From: Hormiphora californensis
Taxonomy: Eukaryota; Animalia; Ctenophora
Length of the DNA: 64,000 bases
Assembly: GCA_020137815.1 (NCBI GenBank)
Contig: CM035352.1
Location: 1,488,001 to 1,552,000 of the forward strand
Direction of reading: 5' to 3'
Shown: piece by piece, positions 26,901 to 39,354 of the stretch
Position numbering within the stretch: the first letter of the stretch is position 1
How the letters are laid out: the number at the start of each line of letters is the position of its first letter
The notes under the pieces: generated by a model
The model's database searches: none
Told to the model about the DNA's origin: nothing
The model's input: the letters and a program-made list of their open reading frames with translations, nothing else
Made by a program: the position numbers and the translations under genes

Positions 26901-29900
26901 TTTAAAAACCCCCCCCTTTTTTTTTTTTAAATGGAAACCCCCCCAACCCCAAAAACCCCCCCCCCCCCAAAACCCCCCACCCCTTTGGGCCCAAAAAATT
27001 TTTTTGGGGAAAACCCCATTTTTTTTCCCCCCCCAAAACCCCCCCTTTTTTTTAAAAAACCCCAAAATTTTTTTTAATTTTAAAACCCCCCCCCCTTTTT
27101 TAAATTTTTTCCTTTCCCCCGGCCCCCCCCCCCCCAACCCCCCTTTCCCCCCCCCCCCCCCCCCCCCTTTTTTTAAAAAAAATTTTCCCTTTTTTTTCCC
27201 CCCCCCCTTTTTTTTTCCCTTTTCCCTTTCCCCCCCCCCTTTTTCCCCCCTTTTTAAAATTTTTTCCCCCCCCCAAAAAAAAAAAAGGGGGGTTTTTTTC
27301 CCCCCCCTTTTAAAAAACCCGGGGGGGGGGAAAAAAAAATTTTTTTTTCCCCCCCCCTTTTCCCCCCCCCCTTTAAAACCCCCCCCAAAAAAAAAACCCC
27401 CCAAAAAAACCCCCCCCAACCCCCCCCCCCCCCCTTTGGGAAAAAAAATTTTTTCCCCCCCGGGGGCCCCCCCGGGGAATTTAAAAAATTTTTAAAAAAA
27501 ACCCCCTTTTTTAATAAACCCCCCCCCAAAAGGTTCCCCTTTTGGGTTAAAAGGGAAAAAAAAAAAAAATTTTTCCCCAAAAGGTTAAAACCCCCCCCTT
27601 TAAATTTTTTTTTCCCCCCTTTTTTTTTTTAAAAAAATTTTTAAAGGGGGGGCCCCTTCCAAAAAAGGTTTTAAAATTTTTTAAAAAAAAAGGGGGGGGG
27701 AAAGGGGGAAAAATAAAGGGGAAAGGGGAGGGGGGAAAAAAGGGGGTTTTTTTTTTCCCCCCCCCTCTCTCTTTTCCCCTTTTTTTTTTCCCCCCCCCTT
27801 TTCCCCCCCCCCTTTTTTTTCCCCCCCCTCTTTCTTTCTTCCCCCCCCTTTTTCCCCCTTTTTTTTCCCCCCCCCCCCCCTTTTTTTTTCCCCCCCCCCC
27901 CTTTTTTTCCCTTTTTTCTTTCCGCCCCCAAAGGGGTTTTTTTTGGGGGGGGGGGGGGGTTTTTTCCCTTTTTGGGGGAAAAAGGGGGGGAAAAGGGGGG
28001 GGGTTTTCCAAAAAAAAAAGGAAAAAAGGGCCCCCCCCAAAAAAGGGGGGGTTTTAAAGGGGGGGTTTTTTAAAAAACCCTTTTTTTTTTTTTTTCCCCC
28101 CCCCCCCCCCCTTTTTTCCCCCCCTTTTTTTCCCCCTTTTTTTTTTTCTTCTCTTTCTCTCCTCTCTCCTCTCTCTCCCGCTCTTTCTCCTCTCTCCTCC
28201 CTCCTCTCTGTTCTCTCTCTCGGTCTCCCTTCAACATCTCTTGTCCTTTCTCTCACTCTTTCTCTAAGCTAATTACCCCTGTAGAAATATAAACTTTACA
28301 CTGGCATATCACGTGTGTCTGAGTGAGAGAGATAGGATAGAGAGAGAGAGAGGGAGAGAGAGGGACTGGGAGAGAGAAGAGACTAGAGAGAAGAAAGAGG
28401 AGAGAGAGAGAAGACCAAGAGGCCACAGCTCGAAGTAATGTCACGTGGGCATTTTACAAGGGTAGGATCACGTGTTAAGACCTTAATCACGTGTTAGGGG
28501 GTATGGGCCAATGGGGGTACACTTTCAGAGAGACCAGTGTAATTAGGTCCTTCTCCATCTCCCGCACACTTCTCCATCCATCCACCACGTGCATTATAGG
28601 AGCGATCTCAACCCCCCCATCAGCTAACTGTGCCTTCTCTCTCACTCCCTGGTATATCTCCCCGTGCGCTCTTTCTCTCCCGGTTAAATGTCTGTCCCCC
28701 AATCCCCTTTCTCTCAGTCTCCCATGACTCACCATCGTCATTAGTCGGGTCGTGGCTGTGAGGCCCGGTTGATCCAACTATCGTGTCACCAAACGTGTAA
28801 ACAGCACAGGAGCAGTTGTACTGACGGAACGATAGACACCTCCATACCCCACACCTACAGGCCTGCAGGGGTGATATATTGTCAGGTTTAGTGGGAAATA
28901 AGTTTGATGTTCACACTGGGGCGGAATTTATAGAATAAGGAGCACGGTTGAAGTAAAGTTCACGGTTGGTGAATGGTGAACACTGATAGCCCCTCATAGA
29001 AACCAAGGTGGGAATATCTTAACTGTCAAAGATGGGTGGTAGAGAGAAAAGATATCTCATGACATGGACTGTGGTTTTTGAAAAATAAAGCTGTCAATGA
29101 CGTCTAGTAGAAGCAAAGCATGAACATTTGAATAGTTCATACTATTTTGACGCAGTGTCTAAAATTAAAGAAATTGAATGTTCACTTGATTCGCCATACG
29201 ACTGGCGACTCAAGTGAACATTGAATTTCTTTAAATTCACAGATTTCTTTCAAAACTTTAGGCTCGTTTTCATTCGCAGTGCTAGGGAGAGAGAGAGAAA
29301 GAGAAAGAGAGAGAGAAAGAGAGAGACAAGGACTTGATATGACTTTGAGTAGAGCGCTAAATAGTCTCCTTCTATCATTTTCTCTCGTTCACTGTCACAC
29401 ACAGACACCCATGTGATCAATAACACGTGATCAGAGAGTTCATGAACTAACGAGTCACGTGATTAGAAGAAGCTAGTGTCTTACGACGCGGAGCCACATG
29501 ATCATTTACGATATACAGAGCGGCACCTATAACTAGTTGTACATATGTCTGTCTGTGTGAATCGATTCGAAATCGGGAAATATTAGTAGTTACAAAAGTG
29601 AGGTTATTTTCTGTTAGACCACGTGGTATTATATATTGAGGTGATTAGCATTGGGGAGGGCTGCTGAGATCGTTCATTCGTTGAGGGGGTGTATAATATC
29701 TAACTTGTATACTGCACAGCCGGGCATCCATTGGGACACACAAAACAATATGAATCGTACCTTTCCGAATTTGTTTCTCTTCCTGTACCACTTGTGAAAG
29801 GTATACTCATGATCACGTGTGTCCCGGAGTACACGTCTCTTTTTGCACGTGCTACGGTATCGGGCAAAGTCTCCCGGTTGTTTGGCGTCCTCTGTGAAGT

Positions 29901-29924
29901 CGTCCATTAGGTCGGACAGTGAAC
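20938..29924 (-). CDS. FLYWCH zinc-finger protein with a MULE-transposase-like N-terminus and a long Pro/Thr-rich tail
   Basis: Exon 29924-29761 spliced to the exon starting at 28862 gives KRRVLRDTRDHEYTFHKWYRKRNKFGKACRCGVWRCLSFRQYNCSCAVYTFGDTIVGSTGPHSHDP (W-x-C..C..H-x-H). The exon from about 24342 starts IRSHGNNASAELLRRSLYRARSQ, then P/T repeats, and the last ORF is 21579-20938. Joining all parts into one gene is inferred, because middle exons fall in garbled sequence. Confidence 0.7.
23675..24085 (-). repeat. Coding 60-bp/36-bp tandem repeat (TIDVTTPTPAPTITVPTP units)
   Basis: Visible in ORF 23009-24175 as repeated GGGGTTGTGACATCGATTG units. Confidence 0.9.
24740..25450 (+). CDS. Secreted galactose-binding-domain-like (F5/8 type C / F-type-lectin-like fold) protein, nested antisense in a FLYWCH-gene intron
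   Basis: Exon 1 24740-24797 gives signal peptide MLFLVIFGSIVNLATG. Phase-1 intron. Exon 2 from 24855 is in frame and contains IDQDLSTFS..WVHMDLGGLYYIHKVTIY..CGTI..YTLLC..GDAVRM. TATAAAA at about 24628. The 3' end is uncertain (possible GC-AG intron at 25350). Confidence 0.7.
26800..28150. other. Homopolymer-garbled low-quality sequence
   Basis: Almost only mononucleotide runs. 26640-26890 resembles a degraded copy of 25760-26000. Confidence 0.8.
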
Positions 29925-30320
29925 CTGGAACAAGAAAGAAAGGGGCGTTAGAGGGTAGGTTATAGATCGGACAGTGAACCTAGAACAAGAAAGAAAGGGA
30001 TGTTAGAGGGTTGATTAAAGGGAGGGAAAGGGGCGTTAGAGGGTAGGTTATAGGTCGGACAGTGAACCTAGAACAAGAAAGAAAGGGGCGTTAGAGGGTA
30101 GGTCAAAGGGAGGGAAAGAGGGTGTTAGAGGGTAAGTTATAGGTCGGACAGTGAACCTGGAACAAGAAAGAAAGGGGCGTTAGAGGGTTGATTATAGGGA
30201 GGGAAAGGGGCGTTAGAGGGTAAGTTATAGATCGGACAGTGAACCTAGAACAAGAAAGAAAGGGGCGTTAGCCGTTAGAGGGTAGGGAGGGAAAGAGGGT
30301 AGGTTCTAGGGAGGGAAGAG
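29905..30320 (-). repeat. Minisatellite with five copies of the FLYWCH-gene 3' splice-site junction
   Basis: TCGGACAGTGAACCT(G/A)GAACAAGAAAGAAAGGG starts at about 29912, 29967, 30054, 30144 and 30232. Confidence 0.85.
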
Positions 30321-31324
30321 GGTGCTGGAAGGGAGTGAAGATGCAGGGAAAGACAGAAGAATCAAAAAGATAACGTTGTATCCGGGAAGTGGACGGCCGT
30401 TGAATTTTAATTTACAGGTTTCGAATTATTATGTGGTAGGATTGCACTTGGTAACCTATTTAGGCGAGGAAGAGAAATAACGTGATCGGATGAAAAGTCA
30501 GCGAAAGAGATGGGAAGGGGAGCGATAAGGAAGACAATGAAATGGAGCGAATGAGGTGCTAATGGCTCTAGTGTAATTAGGTTAATATTTCAATATTGAA
30601 GAAAGTCCGAGTGGCGGGGCCCATATGGCATATATCTGTCTGGCGGCCCCGACCCAGATTTGATTCTCAACCGTGCGGTCAGATCAGGTCGGCGACGCCA
30701 GACAGGTCGGGATCGAGGTCGAGAGCCAACGAGTCCCCGTGAATGTGATGATATGATGTGAGTACAAAAGCTCGCCGACATGTTTACAGTATGACGTCAC
30801 ACTAGTGGGTTTATATACCTGATCCATCCTCACATAGCATCTTGATAGAGTTATCAACAATAAGTATACTGTACCATTCCTGCGAGGAGTAATTTCGTTA
30901 CCAAATGGGGGGGGGGGTCACAATTGGGTGATGTCAGACGATTTACAAAAGTACAAAAACGGAAAGCTTGAAAGAATCCAATCTCAAGCATTATTATTAA
31001 ACAGGGAGAAGTCAAAAGCACGAGCATTTTGAAATAGATACAAGCCAAAAGTACACACTGGAGAGGCAATGTGCCAAAAGTACACAAACACCGAATAGAA
31101 TGCAATAGGTGCAAAGAAGTGTACTTTTGGGCCTCAATATGCAAACATGGTATAACACCAGAAGGGAAGCGAAAGGAGGGCGAAAGAACAAACGAACACA
31201 CATGGAATAAAAGTGAGAGGCACACACTAAGTCAGCTGAGAGGTGATCACGTGTGTGTGACTAGAGAAATGGAGATAGAGAGGGGAGAATGAGATAGGAG
31301 ATGGGAGGGAGAGAGAGTGAGGTT

Positions 31325-31370
<46 letters not shown>

Positions 31371-31673
31371 GGTTGAGATTGAGATAGGGAGAGAAAGAGA
31401 GAGAGAGAGAGAGAGAGTGAGGTTGAGATTGAGAGAGAAAGAGAATGATATACAGTGTGACTGTGAGTGGATGTAAATCCTATTCCTAATGCAATGTAGG
31501 CTACACTGCTGCAGAGTTCGTAAACTTCTGCCGATTTTGATGATAAATCAAAATGAGTGCATGAGATGATCAAGAGATAGAGAAATACAAATAGGAACCG
31601 AATAACTACACAATACGTCACTTATCACTAAACTAAAGCACAGGTCACAGATACCTAAAAACAACACGCTTTC

Positions 31674-31736
<63 letters not shown>

Positions 31737-32809
31737 TGGCTTGAGCAAAGGACATAAAAGGTGTAATTACCAAGATTGGAGAGTGTGTGTGTCCCTCTCT
31801 CTCTGACTCCACATGTCACGTGTTAAGCTGGTTGCAGCGGTAAACACGTGACAACTTGCGGGTTGTCATGTGTGAACTGAAACACGTGACCAAGCTGCTA
31901 CTGCATCAACACACTGAGCTGATGCAGCGACGACAGACGAACGAAGATGGTGCAACGATTCATGTCACGTGATCAGAGTTGAGAGACAGTCTACTAAAAC
32001 GAACACGTGTTATGTGTGTGTGAGTGAGAGAATATAGAGATCACGTGAGAGAGGGAGAGAGAGAAAGAGAGAGAGAGAAAAGAGAGGGAGGCTGAAGACA
32101 GCAATAGAACCACGTGATTCTCTCATTCATTTTATCTTCCCTCTCTCTGTGTTTTTTTCAGTCTCTCTCTTCTTCTCGACCACAGTTCTCTCTCTTACCC
32201 GTGCATTTATCTCTCTCTGTACTGAGAGCCGACCGAGTGATCACGTGATCTACTTTCTACAAGTCCTCACTCTATTATCATCCTTCTCTCTCTTTCTCTC
32301 TCTCTCTCTTCACCCTCCCTCTATCTCTCTTATCCTTCCTCTATCATTATATCTCTCTTATCCTCCCTCTATCTCTCTCCCCTCTTTCTTTCTATCTCTC
32401 TCCCTTTGCCTCTCTGACCCCTTTTCTCTCTGTGTGATATGTGTGTAGCGCCAACTCAATCCAATGTTTCAATTCCCCCTACCTAATGACTAATTAATCA
32501 ATTAATAATGGGTCCTCGTCGAGGAATCCTCGAAAAGCTACCCCTGTCACTAATTGTTTGTCATATAACCGGTGTTATATCCTTGGCCCCATCTCCATCC
32601 ACTCTCTAAATCGCAGTTGTACCCCATCTCTTATTCATACTGCGCTAGTAATTTGGCCCTAATATCTCTAGCTTTGTTGCTAATGACGCTACACAGTGCA
32701 GTCTTTTATGAGACAACTCGTGAACAATGTGCTCTCTCTCTTTCTTCCCCCACCCATCCAATACCTCTATATTTCTACCCCTATAACGAATCATTAAAAG
32801 ATTCCCGGT

Positions 32810-35040
32810 TTTTATGGGGTCCCGTGATGTGGGTTTTGATTTGGGGGGGGGGGGGAGAGCCAAAAAAAGGGAGAGAGAATGGGGAGAAAAAGGGAGAGAG
32901 AGACTGGGGGGGGGGAGGAGAAGAAAAAGAAAGGGGGAGGTGGGGGGGGGGAGGAGAGAGAGAGAGAGGAGACTTGGGGGGGGGGGGGGAGAGAGGGGAT
33001 TGGGGGGGGGAGAGAGAGGAGGGAGAGAGAGGGAAAGGGGGGGTTGGGGGGAAAAAGAGAGAGGGGAGAGAGAGGGAGAGGGGGAAGGGGAGAGGGGAGG
33101 GGGAAAGGGGCAAAAAAGAGGAGACGGGGGGGAGAGGGGGGAGAGAGAAAGGAAAAGGGGGAAAAATGGGGAAAGTGAGCAGGGGAGGGGCCCCCGGGAA
33201 AGGGTGTATTACCGTGGCTGCCCAAGTGTTTCCCCACACAATTCTCAGAGCATTTTTTCTTTCTTACCCTCTCTACCTCTCTTTTTTGAGGGTTTTGGGC
33301 ACTCGGACACACACCTAAACGTTTTCTACCAAGGTCCTCATTATTTTGGCAGTGGTATAAGTTTTTCACGCGGGCCCCCTTCACAGTCATTTGGCCCGGT
33401 TCCATGTCAAAAAAAGGAAAACCCCCCGGGGGGTGGGGGATGGGGTTTGGGGTAATGCCCCCTTTCCCCGTTGGTTTGTTTTCCCCCGGCCCCCCCCCTT
33501 TAGGTTCGGGAAAAATGTCCCCCCAAAAAAAAAAAAGTAAGAAAAAAGTTTTAGAGACACCGTTTACATCACGAATATGACGGGCATGCGAAATACATTT
33601 AAAATGGTGGCCCCCGTTGAAATGTACCCAGCCCAAAAACAACCCCTTGGCCTTTCCCCCCCACATTCTTGGAAAGGGGTCGAAAAGAGAGAGAAAAAGG
33701 TGGGTTTGAGAAAAAAGAGAGAAATGGGGCCTGGTGTGGGACGGCCTTTTAAGAGGGGGAAGGGAAAATTTGGGGGAGGAAACGGGTGAAGAGGGGGGTT
33801 TGAGGATGAAGAGGGAGGTGAAGAGGGGGTTAGAAGGATTGAAGAGGGGAAGGATTGAAGATGGGGTTAGAAGGATTGAAGAGGGGGTTAGAAGGATTGA
33901 AGAGGGGGTTAGAAGGATTGAAGAGGGGGTTAGAAGGATTGAAGAGGGGGGTTGGTAAAGAGAAAAAAGGGATGGAAAGGGGTTTGGGTAAAGAAAAAAA
34001 AGAGGGGAATTAAGAGGGGGAGTTTAAGAGGGAAGAGGGAGGGGGGGAATGGGGGGGTAGTTTAACCAGGATAAAAGAGGGTTTGGAAAGGGGTTGTGAG
34101 GGAAAAAATCCCCCAAGTGAAGTTTTACCCTAAAACCCCCTCCCTTTTTCTTACCCTTCCCCACCAATTTTCTCTCCCCTCCCCCCCCCTCTTTTTTCCC
34201 CCCTCTCTCTCCCTCCTCCTTCTCCCTCTCCCTCTCTTCTCCTTCCTTCCTCTTCTCCTCCTTTCTCTCCCTCTCCCCCTTTCTCCCCTCTCCCTTCTCT
34301 CTCTCGCCAGTCGGGACCCCACCCCACATGCGGTTATCAGTGATCGTTCAATGGTATTGTAGTGCTTAAGGGTAGTTTGCAAAAAACGCAATGCTATATC
34401 AGTGATCCTAATTTTTTCCCCCCTTTTCTCTTTCCCCTTTAATTTATTCCTTTTCTCTCTCTCCAGCTCCCTCTCTCACTGGACTGACACGTGACATTAC
34501 CCAGCACGTGATTACTCCACAACGAGAGAGCAAGAGAGACAAATAAAGAGAGAAAGAGAGAAAGAGAACAAAAAGGAAGAGAGAGATAGAAAAAAAAGAA
34601 AGAGAGAGATTTCGAGTAAGTCGCCAGGCAGTTGTCTCACGTGACTCCCGTAAGAGAGTTTCCACGCGTCACGAACACGTGATCCTCTGGTAAGTAAGAG
34701 AAAATTGGGAGAGATGGAAGCTGAGATAGAGGGGTGCAATGTCTCTCTCTCTCTCTGTCTCCCTCTCTCTCTGTCTCTCTTTCTCTCCTCAATATTTCTG
34801 GTGAGCACAAGAGTCAAGAGGTTAAGTGGGTTCCCCATCATAGCACCTATCAAGAACTTGATATTGGAAAAAGTTGGGATTTTTCCCCGAGAGAGAACTC
34901 TTTTAGTAGAAAAAAAAGGGGGGAGGAAATTTTGGGAAAAAAAAACAAAACCAAAAGAGGGGAAAAAAAGGGTAGGGGAGAAAAAAAGGAGAGGGAAAAA
35001 AAAGGGTTTTAAAAAAAAAAATTTCCGTAGATTGGGATTA
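32810..35040. other. Low-complexity, partly garbled sequence
   Basis: G/A and C/T runs, plus a 21-bp repeat GAAGGATTGAAGAGGGGGTTA at about 33830-33950. All ORFs here are low-complexity. Confidence 0.65.
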
Positions 35041-35130
35041 TAGAAAATCATGGTGCACCACAAAACTAAGCGTTCTTTCAATGCAGTAGCTATCACAAGG
35101 AAGAGAAATGGATTTCTCATTTTATCTTTT

Positions 35131-35274
<144 letters not shown>

Positions 35275-36830
35275 TTCTTCCAGTTAGGAACTAAGAGAAT
35301 GGTCACGTGATTCGACTGAAATGATAACCGTTTTAGAGCATGAGTAGCGGTAGAATCGAGAGACAGAAAGAGGCAGGGAGAGATTCAGATTTCAGAGGAA
35401 TAGAGAGAGTAAGATAGAGAGAGAGAGAGAGAGAGAAAGATAGAGAGTAGAGACTCAGAGTAAAGGAAGCTGGAGATAAGAATTTAAACGTCACAGTTTA
35501 AGAAATTGTCTGATTATTGACAGTGTATAACAATACGGTCACATGACTGATATAACACATCGTGACTGATACACATTCAACTGCTGTTCCTTCATATGCC
35601 ATGCGGCTACTATACCTACAATTATATCGGTTAAATATATATCCAAAAGGATGGTTCAAAGTGATATTGAGATATTTACCACGTGATAGTCTGGACACGA
35701 AAAGTAATTAAGTGATCGTCACGTGTCGCATTAACCTAGAAGGTACAATCTGTCACAGCCCCTAAAAAACGACAAAAGATCTACTCGTATCAATTCAGCT
35801 GCAGTTAGATCACCCACTTAGCACAAAAGATAAAGGGTCAGGGAATGAAAACTTGAAAGCTGCTGGTGGAAATTGTACATTTCAATTGGGTCGTTGATGT
35901 GAAAAAAAGAAAGAGAGTGTGAAAACAAAAACACTTGTAATCTGGTATACAACCCCCGAGCTGCCTTCATTTACATGATTCACAATCATTGCGTTTATCA
36001 ATATCATAATTAATGAGCCATAATAATCTAAATACAGTGTGTCTTTTCAGAACGTCCCTGCGAGATGTGTTCGTTGTTCAATGTGTTCTACTTCATCTCT
36101 TCCACAGTCACAGGAATCGTATCCATTAGGGCTGTCGAGCTCTGAGGGGGAGGGGATTATTGGGGTGGGGAAGGGTATTATTTGAAGGGGGAATGAGTAA
36201 TCTCGAATAACTAACCACTTATCAATTACAAGTGGTACCTGGTTGAGGGGGGAGGAGGAAGAATGTGTGAGGAAGGCATAGAATAGTGTTAGTTGCTCTT
36301 GTTCCCGTAGTTGATCTAGTAGACTGCTCTCACTAGCTTGGACACGCTGTAAAATGTTCACAATTAAAAGCTGAGCTGCTTACAGTTGTTGAGATGTGAC
36401 TCGAAAAGCTGAAAGATGTTCACAAACTTGAAATTACGCTCGAAATGGGTATGGTGTGTGAGTTGGTATGGTATGATTGGGCTTCTCTGACACCAGAGCT
36501 GGGGACCACCTTACAAAACTTTGTGAGAGGAAAATATTTAATTTCGTTAAAAGGGAGATGTTTTTATGAAAAATTATTGACACGATGAGAATGGGTTTTT
36601 GAAATTGAAAGATGTGACGTGTTTGTAGAAATCCAATAAAGACCCCTCTCCTTCCTTTTTAAATGGTCAAGCTCGTGTCACCCATCATGCATTAGGGAGG
36701 ATTAGTCAATTAAAAAGCAAAACATTGGGCGAAGTATAAAAGGGCGGCTCGTGGGACATGATTTGGACTCCGCTTGTGATATATCAGAGCTGCACTTAGT
36801 TGTGAGAGAGGGTCGAGCAAGCACAGATAA

Positions 36831-39354
36831 ATGGGGATGCTGTTGGCGTTAGTTCTCATCACGGTGTTTGGTAAGACGGTATTTGACCTTTAAACCATCA
36901 TAATCTCTGGTGGTTCGTAGTGTTACAGTGTGTTTCGTTGTGTTAGCCTGTTAGAGATGGGGGTCCCCAGAATAATTTCCAAATCATAACCAGCTGAAAC
37001 ATCTCAAGCACTTCCACTTGATAAACCGTTATTGTTACAGAATATACCACTTTAGGCTGTAATTGTATTCACATGTGTTTCAGGGAGCTGTGAGGGATTT
37101 TCCGATTACAACCAATTTGGATGGAGAGACTTTCTGAAAGGGAACTTTTTTAACTGGGAAACAACCGAACCTTCCAGGTCATCATCTAGCTACCCTTCCT
37201 CAAGCTCATCTAGCTATCCCTCTTCACCCCCCTCTTCATCTCCCTCTTCGTCTCCCACTTCATCTCCCTCTTCACCTCCCTCTTCACCTCCCTCTTCACC
37301 TCCCTCTTCACCTCCCTCTTCACCTCCCACTTCATCTCCCTCTTCATCTCCCTCTTCACCTCCCTCTTCATCTCCCTCTTCATCTCCCTCTTCACCGTAC
37401 TCCCCCTCCTCTAGTAGTCCCACATCGTACTCCCCCTCCTCTTCATCGTACTCCCCCTCCTCTAGTAGTCCCACATCACCATCTAACCCCACTGCAAATC
37501 TCACAACAACTTCTCTCACTCCCACATCTCCATCCGCAACTGCTAACTCTAGTTCTAGTCCCACAACAACTCCAAGTCCCACAACAACTTCAAGCCCCAT
37601 AACAACTCCCACATCTTTCTCCTTATCTGAAAACTCAAGTTCTAGTCCGACCAATTTCTCAACTCCTAGCACCCGCTCCAACTCTAACAGTCACAGTAAA
37701 TCATCCACACCAAGTACGAGTACTCTGTACTCCCGTGATCCTACCACGTTGTATGATACATCCTCTAAAGAATCAACTACCCACACTACTCCCTCCACCA
37801 CTCCCTCCAAGTCACGCTCCACTCCCTCCACCACTCCCTCCACGTCACGCTCCACTACTCCCTCCAAGTCACGCTCCACTCCCTCCAACTCACGCTCCAC
37901 TTCCTCCAACTCACGCTCCACTCCCTCCAACTCACGCTCCACTTCCTCCAAGTCACGCTCCACTCCCTCCAACTCACGCTCCACTTCCTCCAAGTCACAC
38001 TCCACTTCCTCCAACTCACGCTCCACTCCCTCCAACTCACGCTCCACTCCCTCCACCTCCAGCGAGCAATGGACTACTCCATATCCCTGGTGGAAAACTA
38101 AGACACCACCTCCTTCTGGAGGATGGGTAAGTGAACAGTTGTCTGTACTTTCTGACTTTGTTTATCATATCTTTCGAGTGGAAGAAACAGTCAGTAGTAG
38201 GCCAAGTAGTGTTGTTAAATTAGGCAATAATAAGGGACAGATCAAGATCAGATTTTAACTATCCCCCCCCTTCTAGTGGACTTGGCCTGATTGGACCTCG
38301 CCTGATTGGACTTGGCCTGATTGGACTTGGCCTACAACTTCCAGCACCCCTTATTACACATCCAGTTCCAGTGAAGCCCTACAGACGTCCACCCTACCCT
38401 GAACCACCTTACCCGGACCCCGATCCGCCCATGCCTCCACCTGGCCCCGAAGAGGACCTTGTTGACATACGTAAGTTATATCTCGTGCCACATGGCTATC
38501 AAATATCAAAATTACCATCCCAGTATCAAAATATCCGAACTCTCAAACTACACAACAATAAGACTGCTACCCCCCCCCCCCCCCCCACAATTAGTAATTA
38601 AATCTGTATGTTTCAGTTTGTTGGGATGATATCTCCTTCCGGCTTGATCAATCAGGGACAAAATGAAATTACGGTGTTTTATTAAACGGAACAGTTTCGA
38701 TGTTACAACATCTTCCTCAGCCTCAAATTAATTTGTTTAAAGTAGTGTTGAAAAGTTTGAAACTTTTCAAACTTTTCAACACTACTTTAAACAAATTAAT
38801 TTGAGGCTGAGGAAGATGTTGTAACATCGAAACTGTTCCGTTTAATAAAACACCGTAATTTCATTTTGTCCCTGATTGATCAAGCCGGAAGGAGATATCA
38901 TCCCAACAAACTATATCATGCGGCTCATAAACAATTATCCGATACTTATCCTCTGTATGTTTCAGTTTGTGATTTCCTGGCCGGGTTCGATGTAATCTGT
39001 CTGACCAACTCCCGACCTCCACCACCACGACCCGGACCTCCTGAGATCTATCCCGCCCATTCCCCCATAATGTTAGACGGAGTACCTCCATTTTGGGCTA
39101 CCCCAGTACCGGTGGAGCACACATTAATAATTGAACCGATAGAACGCGAACAACAACAACTGTTGGGCATACAACAGCGGGATGGGGGTCCTGAAAGGCC
39201 ACCCCGGAGAGGAAAGAGATCACCTCGGAGAGAAAAGAGATCACCTCGGAGAGAAAAGAGATCACTTGACTCAAAGAAGAAGGCTGCTCTTGTTCGGAGA
39301 ATGAGAGAATGGAACGAAATGAATCAGGAAAGTTTCGCTGAAAAACTCGACTAG
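36831..39354 (+). CDS. Secreted Ser/Thr/Pro-rich mucin-like proprotein with WTWPD repeats and C-terminal furin-type sites
   Basis: TATAAAA at about 36736. Exon 1 36831-36870 (MGMLLALVLITVF), exon 2 37084-38126 (in frame, SSSP and STPSNSR repeats), exon 3 38277-38470 (WTWPDWTSPDWTWPD.., apparent indel near 38340) and last exon 38966-39354 (..RGKRSPRREKRSPRREKRSLD..*). Confidence 0.7.
38615..38951. mobile_element. Penelope-like retroelement remnant: inverted pseudo-LTR pair between 19-bp direct repeats
   Basis: Palindrome 38615-38912 (148-bp arms, 2-nt spacer) plus a 39-bp tail. TCTGTATGTTTCAGTTTGT occurs at 38603-38621 and 38952-38970. Each arm has a hammerhead-like core followed by AATAAA. 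Confidence 0.6.
38803..38840 (+). ncRNA. Minimal type I hammerhead-ribozyme-like motif (mirror copy on the minus strand at about 38687-38724)
   Basis: gg-CTGAGGA-a-GATGT-tgta-ACATC-GAAAC-t-GTT-cc: CUGANGA box, stem II, GAAA box. Stems I and III are very short. Confidence 0.5.

Noticed and set aside
26664-28272. Long G/K/F/P-rich ORFs
   Set aside because: Garbled low-complexity sequence.
29905-30320. CRISPR-like repeat/spacer appearance
   Set aside because: The spacers are themselves repeats of each other, the context is eukaryotic and there are no cas genes; it is a minisatellite.
36047-36361. 104-aa minus-strand ORF
   Set aside because: No ATG start, in-frame stop just upstream and no recognisable domain; could be an exon but is unsupported.
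37214-38056. Acidic coiled-coil-like minus-strand ORFs (EGVERELE repeats)
   Set aside because: Antisense shadow of the Ser/Thr repeats of the plus-strand mucin, which has a signal peptide and splice support.
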